Below are positions 23,151 to 32,879 of a stretch of DNA of 64,000 nt, piece by piece. The position numbers and the translations under genes are program-made. Under the pieces are notes generated by a model. It was not told where the DNA came from. It ran no database searches and was given only the letters and a program-made list of their open reading frames with translations. Source of the stretch: a virus (Duplodnaviria; Caudoviricetes). Where the stretch lies: IMG/VR virus record IMGVR_UViG_3300031993_000061, positions 4,586-68,585 of that record, one strand, 5' to 3'. Positions within the stretch are counted from its first letter, which is position 1. Every line of letters begins with the position of its first letter.

Positions 23151-23621
23151 TAGCAATTAAAAAATGCCCATATTGCGGAGATGCGTGGCTATACGTTACA
23201 AAAGAAGATAAGTACAAAATTAACTGTCTTTGCGGATTTGCCTATAAGAAAACCCCGGAATGTGCAGACAGCGAATTGGCAAAATCTGTTTGGAATGGTA
23301 TTGTTAATGCGGAGAAAGAAAAGATGGCTGATATGATGCAGTTCCCAGAAACATGGGAAGAATTTGAGAAACAATACGGTTTTACTGATAAGGAACGGGT
23401 ATATACAAATGGGTCGAGATTGATACCCTCATTCAGGGTTGAACAATGGCTTGAAAATAAGACTGACAGACTTCGTATGGTGCAGGCATCCGTACACACT
23501 ATTATGAATATTGCAAAAACAGACAGTATAAAAGATAAATGTTTTAGAAATGCGGCAAGACTTGTTCAAAACGCTATTGATGGAAAGTACCAAGATTTTG
23601 AACCAATTCCAGAGGTAAAAA

Positions 23622-23867
23622 ATGAGACTAATTGACGCTGACGAACTTATTTCATACTTAAATAGCGTTGCCGGTTGTTTTGACAGTACGAGAGAAGTCG
23701 AAGATAATACAATCGAAGCAATAGAGATTGCTCCAACAGTAGACGCCGTTCCGGTTGTGAGATGCAAAGATTGTTCATTCCGTTACACGAAAATGTGTTT
23801 TTCAAAACACGAAACTGGTGACATGGATTTTTGCAGTTGTGGACAAGAAAAGGAGATTGGAAAATGA
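23622..23867 (+). CDS. MRLIDAD-family small phage protein
   Basis: MRLIDADEL..PTVDAVPVVRCKDC. Confidence 0.75.
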   Translation: MRLIDADELISYLNSVAGCFDSTREVEDNTIEAIEIAPTVDAVPVVRCKDCSFRYTKMCFSKHETGDMDFCSCGQEKEIGK

Positions 23868-24466
23868 GTAAATCAGTTCTTATAAGCATACACCCGAAAT
23901 GGTGTGAAAATATAGCGAATGGGGAAAAGACCATAGAGGTCAGAAAAACACAACCGAAGATTGATATGCCGTTTAAGTGTTATATATATTGTACCAACGA
24001 CAGAAAAACAATGCTTGAGAAGTCGAATTATGATGGGAGCATCTACCTAAATGGCAATATATACTATCCACATAAAATGGACTGCTCCCTTAATGGCAAA
24101 GTTATCGGCGAGTTTGTATGTGACACAATAATCACGCTATCATTTTATTCGAGTGACATATCGTTCTTTGATACCAATCCGCCGTTTACCGTTCCTGATA
24201 CGTGTCTTACTGATAAGGAAATAGCGGAATACCTCGGAAACGGTAAAACTGGGTATGGATGGCATATATCAGACTTAAAGATATATAACAAACCGAAAGA
24301 ATTGAATGAGTTTTATAAGCCGTGTCCGAACGACGTTCTGTGTGCTGGTTGTAAGCACGCTTTTGTTCCAGATGATGAAGACGAAACACTTGCTCTTATT
24401 GCCTGTGACAACAGAGTTACAAAACCGCCACAGTCGTGGTGTTATGTATCAGAAATGATGGGTTGA
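23864..24466 (+). CDS. ASCH-domain (PUA-like) protein
   Basis: VLISIHPKWCENIANGEKTIEVRK..GKVIGEF..GWHI..PPQSWCY. Confidence 0.85.
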   Translation: MSKSVLISIHPKWCENIANGEKTIEVRKTQPKIDMPFKCYIYCTNDRKTMLEKSNYDGSIYLNGNIYYPHKMDCSLNGKVIGEFVCDTIITLSFYSSDISFFDTNPPFTVPDTCLTDKEIAEYLGNGKTGYGWHISDLKIYNKPKELNEFYKPCPNDVLCAGCKHAFVPDDEDETLALIACDNRVTKPPQSWCYVSEMMG

Positions 24467-24491
24467 CAAATATCATAAGATTTGATATACT
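24459..24491 (+). promoter_or_regulatory. Early-type promoter overlapping the ASCH gene stop codon
   Basis: TTGACA 24463-68 contains the TGA stop; TATACT 24486-91. Confidence 0.75.
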
Positions 24492-24529
24492 ATAAGAAAA
24501 TCAAAACAAAGAGAGGATATATTATTACA

Positions 24530-24829
24530 ATGGCTAACAAAGAAACGACAAAGAAACTGGTGGCAACCAAGAGAGTCAAGAATGTGCTTTTTCGCAACAT
24601 CGAATCTCGCGACAACGATTCCATTCTGTACGCAACGCTTCTCAAAGAGGAATATAATTGTTCCGATAACATGAGATATGGTACGATGGAAAGGCGCGTG
24701 AGAGAGGGCGTCCTGCCGTCGAGAGACCTTGTTTCTCGGATTCGCAGAAAGTTGCAGAACGAAGATAAAACGATTCGTGGCACGCTTTGGAATAAGCGCC
24801 ATAGAGCAACCACAAATTCTGTGGGTTGA
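24530..24829 (+). CDS. Hypothetical basic phage protein
   Basis: GAGAGG RBS; stop codon lies within the next promoter's -35. Confidence 0.65.
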   Translation: MANKETTKKLVATKRVKNVLFRNIESRDNDSILYATLLKEEYNCSDNMRYGTMERRVREGVLPSRDLVSRIRRKLQNEDKTIRGTLWNKRHRATTNSVG

Positions 24830-24854
24830 CTTTTCCCGCACAATGCGGTATAAT
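24822..24854 (+). promoter_or_regulatory. Early-type promoter for the primase-helicase operon
   Basis: TTGACT 24826-31, TATAAT 24849-54. Confidence 0.8.
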
Positions 24855-24890
24855 AAGCAAGACATTAAACAATAACAAGAGGGCGTTTTA

Positions 24891-26813
24891 TTGATGATAG
24901 TAGATAGCAAAATGATTCAGAAGGCAAAAGAAAAGTTGGGCGACAGAAATGCCGATTTGATTGCCGAATTGCTCAATGTCAGTAAATGGGATGCCCGCAA
25001 TAAGAAGGGGTGTTGTCCGTTTCATACAGAGAACACCCCCAGTTTTATTTACAATCCGAAGTCATATAATTTCCATTGTTTCGGTTGCGGTGCTAACGCC
25101 GATTATATTGACGCACGTGTACATAGCGGTATGTCATATCTCGAAGCGTGTAAAGCGTTGTTTGATGAAGCCGAAATGGATTATCCAATGAGCGAGCTTC
25201 ATGTCAAAACAAAGCGTTCGTATCGCTATCCACATGAAGAATTACTTCTGACAGATAACTGCCAAGCGAGGAAGTATCTGAATCTCCGTGGAATCAGCGA
25301 CAAAACGATTGACGCCTCTCCTATCAAACAAGACGAGAACGGAAACATCGCCTTTGAGTATTATGATAGCAACAGCGTATTGACAATGGTGAAATATCGT
25401 CCGTCTCGCAAAATCAATAAAGAGAACGGCGATATTAAGAGTTGGTGTCAGAAAGACGCAGATACCGCTCCCATTCTGTGGCGCATGGATAAAATCAATC
25501 CGAGCCAGCCATTGACCATTACGGAAGGGGAACTTGATACGCTTGCTGTAATGGAATGCGGTGTTCATAATGTTGTATCCGTTCCTCTTGGCAGTCAGAA
25601 TCTCCATTGGATAGAAGAATGCTTTGATTGGCTTGAACAGTTTGAAAGCATTATTATTTGCGGCGATAACGACGATGCCGGTGTCAAAATGCGTAAAGAA
25701 GCCATTTCGCGTCTCGGTTCTTGGCGTTGCAAATATGTTGATATTCCAAAGGTGATGACCGATAAAAACGGCAACAGACGCTCTGTGAAAGACGCTAACG
25801 AAGTCTTGTTCTATTGCGGAGCAGAAACGCTTCGTAATATGATTAGCGATGCTACCGATGCAGAGGTGTCGAGCGTTATCAATGTATCAGACATTGAGGA
25901 TATCAATATCGCTGACGTTGACGGTGTAGAGACTGGTATCGCCGAATTAGACCACACGCTTATGCGACTGTTTTATGGGACGCTGACGGTTGTATCGGGA
26001 AAGCCCGGAGCGGGAAAGACCAGTCTGCTTTCACAACTGATTTGCCAGTCGATGGAACAGGACATTACACCGTTTTTCTTCTCGCGAGAAATGCCGAACT
26101 ATCTGCAACGCTCATGGTTGTATTCGATTATGGCAGGACCGTCTCATATGGAGCGGAAAGAGACGAGTAACGGCACAGAGTATTATGTGGTCGATAAAGA
26201 CATCAAGGATAAAATCAATCGTTATTATTCTAAGAAGTGGTTTCTCTATCGAGACGACGCTTCCAATAAGTTGGACGACATTCTGTCGTCTATGGAAGAT
26301 TGTCTGCGGAAATACGGTTGTAAGTTCTTTATCCTCGATAACTTGATGACAATGGATATCGGAGGTGACGCAAACAGCGAGTTGAAAAAGCAGACAGAAA
26401 CGATTAACCGACTGATTGCGTTTGCTATTAAGTGGCAAGCGGCCGTTGTGTTGGTCTGCCATCCGAGGAAGATGGCACAAGGCGAGGATGTCGGAACTTA
26501 CGATATTAGCGGCACGGCAAACATTATCAACCTCGCCCATAGAACGCTTGCGCTACGCCGTATTAACAATGAAAAAGAGGGAAGCAATTATAATGTTCGT
26601 CTGAATATCATCAAGGACAGATTGTTCGGACACGCCAACAAAACGATTGACCTCTATTATGATGTTCCGTCGAGACGATTCTATACAAATAACGAGGAAT
26701 TCAACCGTTCCTATAAATGGGAGTCTGCTTCTGGCGTGGAGCATAAAACGACAACCGACCCACGGTTGAATGAAACATCGGGAAACAACGAAGAATACGA
26801 GGATATTTTCTAA
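24891..26813 (+). CDS. Bifunctional DNA primase-helicase (T7 gp4/Twinkle-like with CHC2 Zn finger)
   Basis: CCPFHTENTPSF..HCFGC, TOPRIM ITEGELD and GDNDDAG, Walker A SGKPGAGKT, ILDNL and LVCHPRK. Confidence 0.93.
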   Translation: MMIVDSKMIQKAKEKLGDRNADLIAELLNVSKWDARNKKGCCPFHTENTPSFIYNPKSYNFHCFGCGANADYIDARVHSGMSYLEACKALFDEAEMDYPMSELHVKTKRSYRYPHEELLLTDNCQARKYLNLRGISDKTIDASPIKQDENGNIAFEYYDSNSVLTMVKYRPSRKINKENGDIKSWCQKDADTAPILWRMDKINPSQPLTITEGELDTLAVMECGVHNVVSVPLGSQNLHWIEECFDWLEQFESIIICGDNDDAGVKMRKEAISRLGSWRCKYVDIPKVMTDKNGNRRSVKDANEVLFYCGAETLRNMISDATDAEVSSVINVSDIEDINIADVDGVETGIAELDHTLMRLFYGTLTVVSGKPGAGKTSLLSQLICQSMEQDITPFFFSREMPNYLQRSWLYSIMAGPSHMERKETSNGTEYYVVDKDIKDKINRYYSKKWFLYRDDASNKLDDILSSMEDCLRKYGCKFFILDNLMTMDIGGDANSELKKQTETINRLIAFAIKWQAAVVLVCHPRKMAQGEDVGTYDISGTANIINLAHRTLALRRINNEKEGSNYNVRLNIIKDRLFGHANKTIDLYYDVPSRRFYTNNEEFNRSYKWESASGVEHKTTTDPRLNETSGNNEEYEDIF

Positions 26814-27118
26814 TGACATTTTTTATTGGACTGCTCTGTTTCTGTATCGGCGGTTTGGTTGGAGGTAGCATTGTGATGGCGTGCGCCAATGGTGTTATTG
26901 CCAATCTGACGGAAACTTGGGTAAACGCGCTTGTCGCTCTCAACGCATTAGATTTAGTTGTAGAGGACGAAGACGATAAGGTGTATAAGAACGCTACCGT
27001 TGTTGTAGAAAAAGACGCAGGCGGCGAAAAAACGATATCGTGGTATAGACAAGACGACACGATTGAAATGACAATGGAAGAGTGGGAAAAAGAAAAGGAA
27101 CAGAAGAAGAATGATTAA
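26813..27118 (+). CDS. Small membrane protein
   Basis: N-terminal hydrophobic segment TFFIGLLCFCIGGLVGGSIVMAC. Confidence 0.6.
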   Translation: MTFFIGLLCFCIGGLVGGSIVMACANGVIANLTETWVNALVALNALDLVVEDEDDKVYKNATVVVEKDAGGEKTISWYRQDDTIEMTMEEWEKEKEQKKND

Positions 27119-27493
27119 CGAAAATGATTGGCGTGAACTTCTGCGCAAACTCACAGAGACATACTGCGACTTCGGATATCCGATTGAAAAAACGCTTGAC
27201 AATATTAAAAAGACGCTCATTATTGCGGTTGAAGACGAATGGTATTGTATCGGCGTATATGACGAAAGACAAATAGAAAAAGGGGATAAGAAAAGCCGTG
27301 TCGGTTCTGATTAAAGGATATAAAATCCCATTCCGTTGTCAAGAATGCCCGTTTTGGAAATACGAACAGCCGATATGGTGGCGAGATGAATATATTATGT
27401 GGTGTTCTGTAACGGGTGAAGATTTATCGAAATTAGACCCAATGAAACGGTCAGATAATTGTCCTATGACAGAAGTAAAAGACGGTGAAACAA

Positions 27494-28261
27494 ATGATTA
27501 AAGTAGAAAATATTTCAATAATGAATCTTGATGGCGCTATGCGTGCCTTGCGGAATCCTATGAACTCATGGGAAAAATCAGATTCTGAATATTGTTATAT
27601 GACAGAGTGCAAGGACTGCTGTTGGTCGTCTATTGACGTGAATTGTGACGATGAAAATGCTGAAAATTGGACAGCGGGTATATGTTGTAATTCTCCGTTG
27701 TTTATGAAAGGTATTGTTCGGTGTTCTACCTATCCGGAAAACTTTGTTATCGGCGTTGAGGATTTGAAACTCTGTCAGCGTATGCTGAATGCAGGCGACT
27801 CTGACTCGAAGTTTATGCGACAGATTTTTGTCAATATGGATATTGTCGCACCGACATATTTCTGCGCAGAGTTTGATACTTACAAAGTAGCAACCGTTAG
27901 AAATAGTTGCAGTTTTATGCACAAGGGTACGGCGAAACCGTTTGAACGCTCCGATTTCAGTTTTGACAATGTTGACGAACATTCTATGGTCGTGATTGAC
28001 GATACGATTGCAGAACTGAATGCTCTGCGGGATAGGTATCTCGAAACAAAAGATAAAGAAATCTTTTTGGCCATTCGGCAAATGCTTCCTATGGGATATA
28101 ATTATCGCTTTACTTGGAGTGCGAACTATGCTGTTCTCCGAAACATTTATTTTCAGAGACGGAATCACAGACTCCCTGAATGGCGTGAATTTTGTCGCAT
28201 TCTCGAAGCGTTCCCATACGGAAAAGATTTGATTTGCTATACAAAGGAAGAAGAGAAATGA
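27494..28261 (+). CDS. thyX: ThyX-like flavin-dependent thymidylate synthase (phage type)
   Basis: KFMRQI..IVAPTYFCAEFDTYKV..NSCSFMHK..RQMLPMGY..NIYFQRRNHRLPEW. Confidence 0.75.
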   Translation: MIKVENISIMNLDGAMRALRNPMNSWEKSDSEYCYMTECKDCCWSSIDVNCDDENAENWTAGICCNSPLFMKGIVRCSTYPENFVIGVEDLKLCQRMLNAGDSDSKFMRQIFVNMDIVAPTYFCAEFDTYKVATVRNSCSFMHKGTAKPFERSDFSFDNVDEHSMVVIDDTIAELNALRDRYLETKDKEIFLAIRQMLPMGYNYRFTWSANYAVLRNIYFQRRNHRLPEWREFCRILEAFPYGKDLICYTKEEEK

Positions 28262-28782
28262 TTCAAGACAGTGGAAGCAGAAGAGAGTTTGAGAGCGGTG
28301 CGGTAAGAGATATTGCCGTAGGTAAGGGGCGTTGCGACCTTGTTCCGCTCGATGTTATCAATGGGTTTTACAGCGTGTACAGATGGTATGATTCTCACAG
28401 AGATATCAACACACCGTATCGCATGAATATCTTTAATTGTCTTAACTTATATATTGCGGAAGGGAAAGCAAACTACCTCTATTTTGCCATGGCTGAATTT
28501 TGTATCTTCCATACGCACTGGGACTTTTCTACGGCCGTGATTGAGTTAAGTAAACTATACGAAGAGGGGTGTCAGAAATACGGAGATAGGAACTGGGAGA
28601 AAGGCATTCCTCTCCATTGTTATATTGATAGCGGAACAAGACATTTTTTGAAGTTTTTGCGTGGCGATGACGATGAGCGTCATGACCGTGCGTTTTTGTG
28701 GAATATGGCTGGCGCCATTTGGACACAGAAACATCGTCCGAATTGTATCGACTTACCGTTCGCAGAAAAACCATCTGTATAA
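28258..28782 (+). CDS. dATP/dGTP diphosphohydrolase (DUF5664)
   Basis: RREFESGAVRD..GKGRCDL..EEGCQKYGDRNWEKGIP..RH..DERH..AFLWN. Confidence 0.85.
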   Translation: MIQDSGSRREFESGAVRDIAVGKGRCDLVPLDVINGFYSVYRWYDSHRDINTPYRMNIFNCLNLYIAEGKANYLYFAMAEFCIFHTHWDFSTAVIELSKLYEEGCQKYGDRNWEKGIPLHCYIDSGTRHFLKFLRGDDDERHDRAFLWNMAGAIWTQKHRPNCIDLPFAEKPSV

Positions 28783-28785
28783 TTT
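28776..28785 (+). promoter_or_regulatory. Putative late promoter (TGTATAATTT, no -35)
   Basis: Motif recurs upstream of virion-type genes. Confidence 0.55.
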
Positions 28786-28822
28786 AGGTAGATAAATCTA
28801 TCTATCAACAGAGGATTACGGT

Positions 28823-29020
28823 ATGGCTGATAAGAAATACACAACAGAGGAAGTATTTGATTACTTCTTTGATAAATATAACGACGGCGATTTGGAACAT
28901 TCCCTCGATGTGGCTTCTGAAAAGACAAGATAGTATATCCAAAAGCACGGTATGGACGTTGAGGAATGGAATGAATTTATCGACAATAACGGATTAGAAG
29001 AGAGTTATAAATTAAGATGA
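28823..29020 (+). CDS. Small hypothetical protein, 65 aa with TAG=Gln (TAG at 28931)
   Basis: GAGG RBS; read-through reaches a TGA overlapping the next ATG. Confidence 0.6.
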
Positions 29021-29730
29021 TGTTACTTGAAGAATACAATATCGAGATTCACGATGAATTAAATCCTCGGATTTGGGACGGAGATGAACTCCGTCCTCGT
29101 ATTAAGCAGGGCGTTCTTCGTGTTGTTGATGAGTTTCAAGATTATATCGGATACCAATTACCGATTGTTGACATTGTTTTGGTTGGCTCTAACGCAAGTT
29201 ACAACTATACGGAACATTCTGATTTGGATGTCCACTTGATACTCAATTTTGAGAACATTGACGACAATAAAGAGTTGGTTAATATGTTGTGTCAAGGATG
29301 GAAGTCGTCGTTTAACAGCGCCTATGATATTCAGTTGGGCGGCCAAGACGTCGAACTTTACTGCGAAGATATGATGACTTCTACCAACTCGAACGGCATT
29401 TATTCCGTCTTGCAAGACCGTTGGTTGAAATATCCGCAACCAATTGAGATTCCGAAAGACAGCATTGATATCGAATCTTTTGTTCAGCCGGTCAAAGTAG
29501 AAGCAGAAGATGTGCTGAATTTTGGTTCTCTTGAAGATGTCGAAAAAATGATAGATTGGCTTTACTATCAGCGCAAACTTGCTTTGCAGACGGATGGTGA
29601 ATTTTCTGTCGGAAATCTTGTCTTTAAGGCGATTCGTAATGAAGGTCTGTTAGACAAGTTGAAAGATAGACGGTATGAACTGAAATCGAAAGAACTGACC
29701 GTAGAAAAGTTAGATTGTGATATTGAATAA
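29017..29730 (+). CDS. Pol-beta superfamily nucleotidyltransferase (large-phage type)
   Basis: LNPRIW..DIVLVGSNASYNYTEHSDLDVH..GQDVELY..GEFSVGNLVFK. Confidence 0.85.
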   Translation: MMLLEEYNIEIHDELNPRIWDGDELRPRIKQGVLRVVDEFQDYIGYQLPIVDIVLVGSNASYNYTEHSDLDVHLILNFENIDDNKELVNMLCQGWKSSFNSAYDIQLGGQDVELYCEDMMTSTNSNGIYSVLQDRWLKYPQPIEIPKDSIDIESFVQPVKVEAEDVLNFGSLEDVEKMIDWLYYQRKLALQTDGEFSVGNLVFKAIRNEGLLDKLKDRRYELKSKELTVEKLDCDIE

Positions 29731-29736
29731 CGTAGT

Positions 29737-29768
29737 GGGTTGACAAATCCTTTCGCTTATGATATAAT
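29737..29768 (+). promoter_or_regulatory. Early-type sigmaA promoter
   Basis: TTGACA 29740-45, TGA-TATAAT 29763-68. Confidence 0.85.
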
Positions 29769-29801
29769 AGTATCGTAAGATGAGAAAGAGGGGAAACGCA
29801 A

Positions 29802-30590
29802 ATGAAATACTATGTTATTAAGGTCACCGCTACCGCAACCGATGACAATCTCAATTTCAAAGGTGCCGTGCATACCTATTATTGCGGAAGAAATCAAAAG
29901 TTGCTTGGTGGCGACGACGCAAATGGCGCACTCAAAGCGAGCAATATCCTGTCTTTCGAGAACAGCCCCAATCGTTCTTGGCTTATCAAAGAATACGGTT
30001 ACAAAAGACTGTGCGACGCCAAGCGTTCCTATATTTACAAAAATCCTTGCAACGAATCGTGGTATCATTGGCGCGAGGTTTGTGAAATTGTCGAGGTCGA
30101 AGCGTAATGAAATACATCAACACAAGTACAGAGAACCGCAAGACGGCCGATAAGATTCACGATGAACTTGTCAAGGCCGATATAGGCAAGGTCGACGATG
30201 TATGGATGAACGACGAATACTATGTGGTATCGTGGATTCCGTACGGCAAGAAGAATTACGACAGAGCCGTTGACATTATCAATCGTTATATCTGGGATGA
30301 TGTATGAAACGGTCAGAATTCGCAACAGAAAGGTCGAGAATATGGGAAACTACGTTGTAAGACGAAATCAGATTGAACATATTTGGAAAGTCAGTTATAT
30401 CAAAAACGGTTTTAAGTTCCCCATTTTTGTTCGCGGAACGGAAGATGAAATGCGCGACTATCTCGAAAGTGAGATGGGCTATGTCGGCTCATATCACGCA
30501 CTTACAGAGAAAGAAGAGAGCGCGGTATACGAACTGCAACTGACGGTTTATCTTGCGCCACGTGTCAATCCTAACGACGACATTAGGTGA
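29802..30590 (+). other. Three small hypothetical early ORFs (29802..30107, 30107..30307, 30342..30590)
   Basis: Coupled + strand ORFs after the promoter. Confidence 0.65.
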
Positions 30591-31303
30591 TTCAGATGAC
30601 AGAGCCGGTACGGTCGAACAGAGCAACGGATTCCATTATTGAAAAGGCAATCCAGAAACACTACAATCTCGTCTATCGTATTAACAATATCGCATACGAA
30701 CGTTGTAGTGACAGAGACTTGCAGATTGCCGGCGTGGATGTTTATTTGACATTCGCAAGACAAGACAAACGGAATTGTGTTGACGAAAAATGTGCTACGA
30801 ATTATTGGGACAGACCGCTCAACACCTTTTCGATGGAACTTTCCTTTGATATGTGTGATAAACAGAGCGGTCTTCCTATTGGTAAGCGATATAAAGGTTG
30901 GTTTGTCAATCCGAATAACATTTCGGAATATTATGCACTTGGATATGTTTCCGCTGAAAGCAAAGAGAATTTGATTCAAGGACAGTTAAAGTCATTTGAA
31001 TGCATTTTGGTCAACAAAGACAAAATCCGCGCTTATCTGAAAGACGCCATGAAAGTGACAGACCTTACCGAAGTCGAGGCAGAACTGCAAGCAAGAATCG
31101 ACGCAGGCATAGGAAAACTCAATCAGCGAGGCGGATATTTCTACTATCCTGCCGATGGTATTAAGGTGGTGCGTTCCGAACAGTTGGCAGAGAAACCTGT
31201 CAATATCGTCATTAGTAAACAGACACTATCATCTCTTTCCGATATTCATTGTATCATTACACACCCGGAGAAAGATACATTTGTATATAGGAAGGTATAC
31301 TGA
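30587..31303 (+). CDS. Putative PD-(D/E)xK nuclease-like protein
   Basis: LQIAGVDV..VDEK..FSMEL..GWF pattern. Confidence 0.55.
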   Translation: MIQMTEPVRSNRATDSIIEKAIQKHYNLVYRINNIAYERCSDRDLQIAGVDVYLTFARQDKRNCVDEKCATNYWDRPLNTFSMELSFDMCDKQSGLPIGKRYKGWFVNPNNISEYYALGYVSAESKENLIQGQLKSFECILVNKDKIRAYLKDAMKVTDLTEVEAELQARIDAGIGKLNQRGGYFYYPADGIKVVRSEQLAEKPVNIVISKQTLSSLSDIHCIITHPEKDTFVYRKVY

Positions 31304-31366
31304 ATGTATTTAGCCGAAATGGAATATCCAAAAATTCGGTGGGTTGACAAATCACATATGATGTGA
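31304..31366 (+). pseudogene. Remnant 5' end of a DUF29-like gene, truncated at an early promoter
   Basis: MYLAEMEYPK resembles the starts of 31461 (MQLNEMSYPR) and 33409 (MYLTEMAYSR). Confidence 0.5.
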
Positions 31367-31372
31367 TATAAT
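31340..31372 (+). promoter_or_regulatory. Early-type promoter upstream of the tRNA cluster
   Basis: TTGACA 31344-49, TGA-TATAAT 31367-72. Confidence 0.85.
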
Positions 31373-31460
31373 AGTATCATCAAAGAACAATCATCAATTC
31401 GGTGTTCCTCGGTGAAAATCCGAGTCTTGGGCCGAAAGATAAAACGATGAGGTATCAAAT

Positions 31461-31820
31461 ATGCAATTAAACGAAATGTCTTATCCGAGAAGCGAGGTCA
31501 TTGATAGGTGTGCTTCTCTTGGCGAAAAGTTTATAGAGCATTTTGAAAAGTCATATATTGGCGGCATTGATTCAAAAGATTTGAAACATCATTGTGCCGA
31601 AATGCAGTCTTGGTATGATACCGTAAATCGCATGACAATTAAGCCAAGAGCAAAGATGTTAGATATCGACCAAATGATTAACTGGTTTTTCCTTGCTGGT
31701 GGGTCTCTCGAATATATGTTCAATAATAACGACGATATGCAAAACGCTTATAACAAGTTTATCAAATTACTTCTCATGAGCGACGATGTTTATAACTCAA
31801 TGTTAAAAGTTTTTGCATAA
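31461..31820 (+). CDS. DUF29-like protein (tentative)
   Basis: EMSYPRSEVI..FIEHFEK..HHCAEM; paralog of 33409. Confidence 0.5.
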   Translation: MQLNEMSYPRSEVIDRCASLGEKFIEHFEKSYIGGIDSKDLKHHCAEMQSWYDTVNRMTIKPRAKMLDIDQMINWFFLAGGSLEYMFNNNDDMQNAYNKFIKLLLMSDDVYNSMLKVFA

Positions 31821-31830
31821 ACACATTGGT

Positions 31831-31903
31831 GCTTATTCAGAAGTCAATAAGTCAAAGGTTGAGTTAGACGGTGACATTAGTTGGTTCGAGTCCAACCTTA
31901 GCA
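31831..31903 (+). pseudogene. Degenerate tRNA-like sequence
   Basis: Perfect T-arm GTTGG-TTCGAGT-CCAAC at the expected position in 73 nt; acceptor stem mismatched and no anticodon arm. Confidence 0.35.
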
Positions 31904-31937
31904 AAAAGTCACACTGTTCACAACCGCCAATAGAGAC

Positions 31938-32012
31938 GCCCCGTTGGCGCAAAGGTAGCGCACGAGATTTGTAATCCCGTGGTTGTCCGTCCGAGTCGGA
32001 CACGGGGCTCCA
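31938..32012 (+). tRNA. tRNA-Thr(UGU)
   Basis: GCCCCGT/ACGGGGC acceptor stem, loop TTTGTAA, encoded CCA; atypical T-loop TCCGAGT. Confidence 0.88.
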
Positions 32013-32292
32013 ACTGCTTGTTTGAATAATCCACTAAGAGAACAAGACTTATCAGATGAAGGATTACATCGTGGATAAGGGTGACGGCTAAGGCATAAAT
32101 CCGTCAATGTGAGATACCATTTATTTTTTCTTCCTAAATCTCACGAACAACATTATCTCCGCAAGTTAGCAAATGGCGAGCAAATATTGTTGTACAACAA
32201 TATCGCAGAAACCACTATAATGCACCGTGAGTCCGGACATACTAATAGTCGTGTGCTGATGTGGAATAACGGCATTCGTGCGGAGATATTAT

Positions 32293-32366
32293 CGAGAATG
32301 TAGTGTAATGGTAGCACGCCACATTTGGGATGTGGAAGAGCCGTTCAAATCGGACATTTTCGACCA
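32293..32366 (+). tRNA. tRNA-Pro(UGG)
   Basis: CGAGAAT/ATTTTCG acceptor stem, CCACA-TTTGGGA-TGTGG anticodon arm, A73, CCA. Confidence 0.9.
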
Positions 32367-32416
32367 TCTTGGTGTGTTATTCTACAAAAATAAAATCAAA
32401 GAAAAGAAAACACAAA

Positions 32417-32848
32417 ATGAGTAAGCACGACAAAAAATATCAATTAAAAGAGGGTTGTATTTATAAACCACAGTTGCTTTCTAACTTTTCTTTACATATC
32501 GACACCGATGACGACGTTGGTGTGTTAAATAAAAGTTTGGTAAGCGTTCATCTTCCAATCAAGAACTTCGGCGATGTTCAGTCAGGTTGTGGAGAACTTG
32601 GGTTGCAGTTTATTGATTTCCCTGAACTTCATACCTATTCGGAAGCGTACAATCTTGCGAATAATATTGTGAATGGCGCGGTAGACCACCTTGAGGTGAT
32701 TGCCTACAATGGAGACTGGTCGCCGAATACACGGTATTGTATCAAACTTGGACATCTTGCCTCGTTGAGTTCTAACGCTTTTAAGCAGGCAGAAGGATAC
32801 CACTATATCTATCTTGACATATCCGTTAAGGATATGACGATTAAGTAA
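32417..32848 (+). CDS. Hypothetical protein within the tRNA cluster
   Basis: 143 aa ORF. Confidence 0.6.
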   Translation: MSKHDKKYQLKEGCIYKPQLLSNFSLHIDTDDDVGVLNKSLVSVHLPIKNFGDVQSGCGELGLQFIDFPELHTYSEAYNLANNIVNGAVDHLEVIAYNGDWSPNTRYCIKLGHLASLSSNAFKQAEGYHYIYLDISVKDMTIK

Positions 32849-32879
32849 CACAACAATAGAAATAACACACCAAATATAT

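Larger units (their letters stand above)
13118..24466 (+). other. Array of about 35 small, tightly coupled early/accessory ORFs, many of them Cys-rich
   Basis: Consecutive + strand ORFs with overlapping stop/start codons (e.g. 13118, 13385, 13659, 13905, 14321, 14551, 16293, 17061, 18052, 18324, 18812, 19471, 20126, 21081, 21533, 23147); promoter motifs at 13057, 16607 and 19871. Confidence 0.8.

Noticed and set aside
32109-32303. 64-aa ORF between tRNA-Thr and tRNA-Pro, and ORFs 32938..33207 and 34286..34537
   Set aside because: They overlap tRNAs or structured RNA, lack an RBS and show no protein-like motifs
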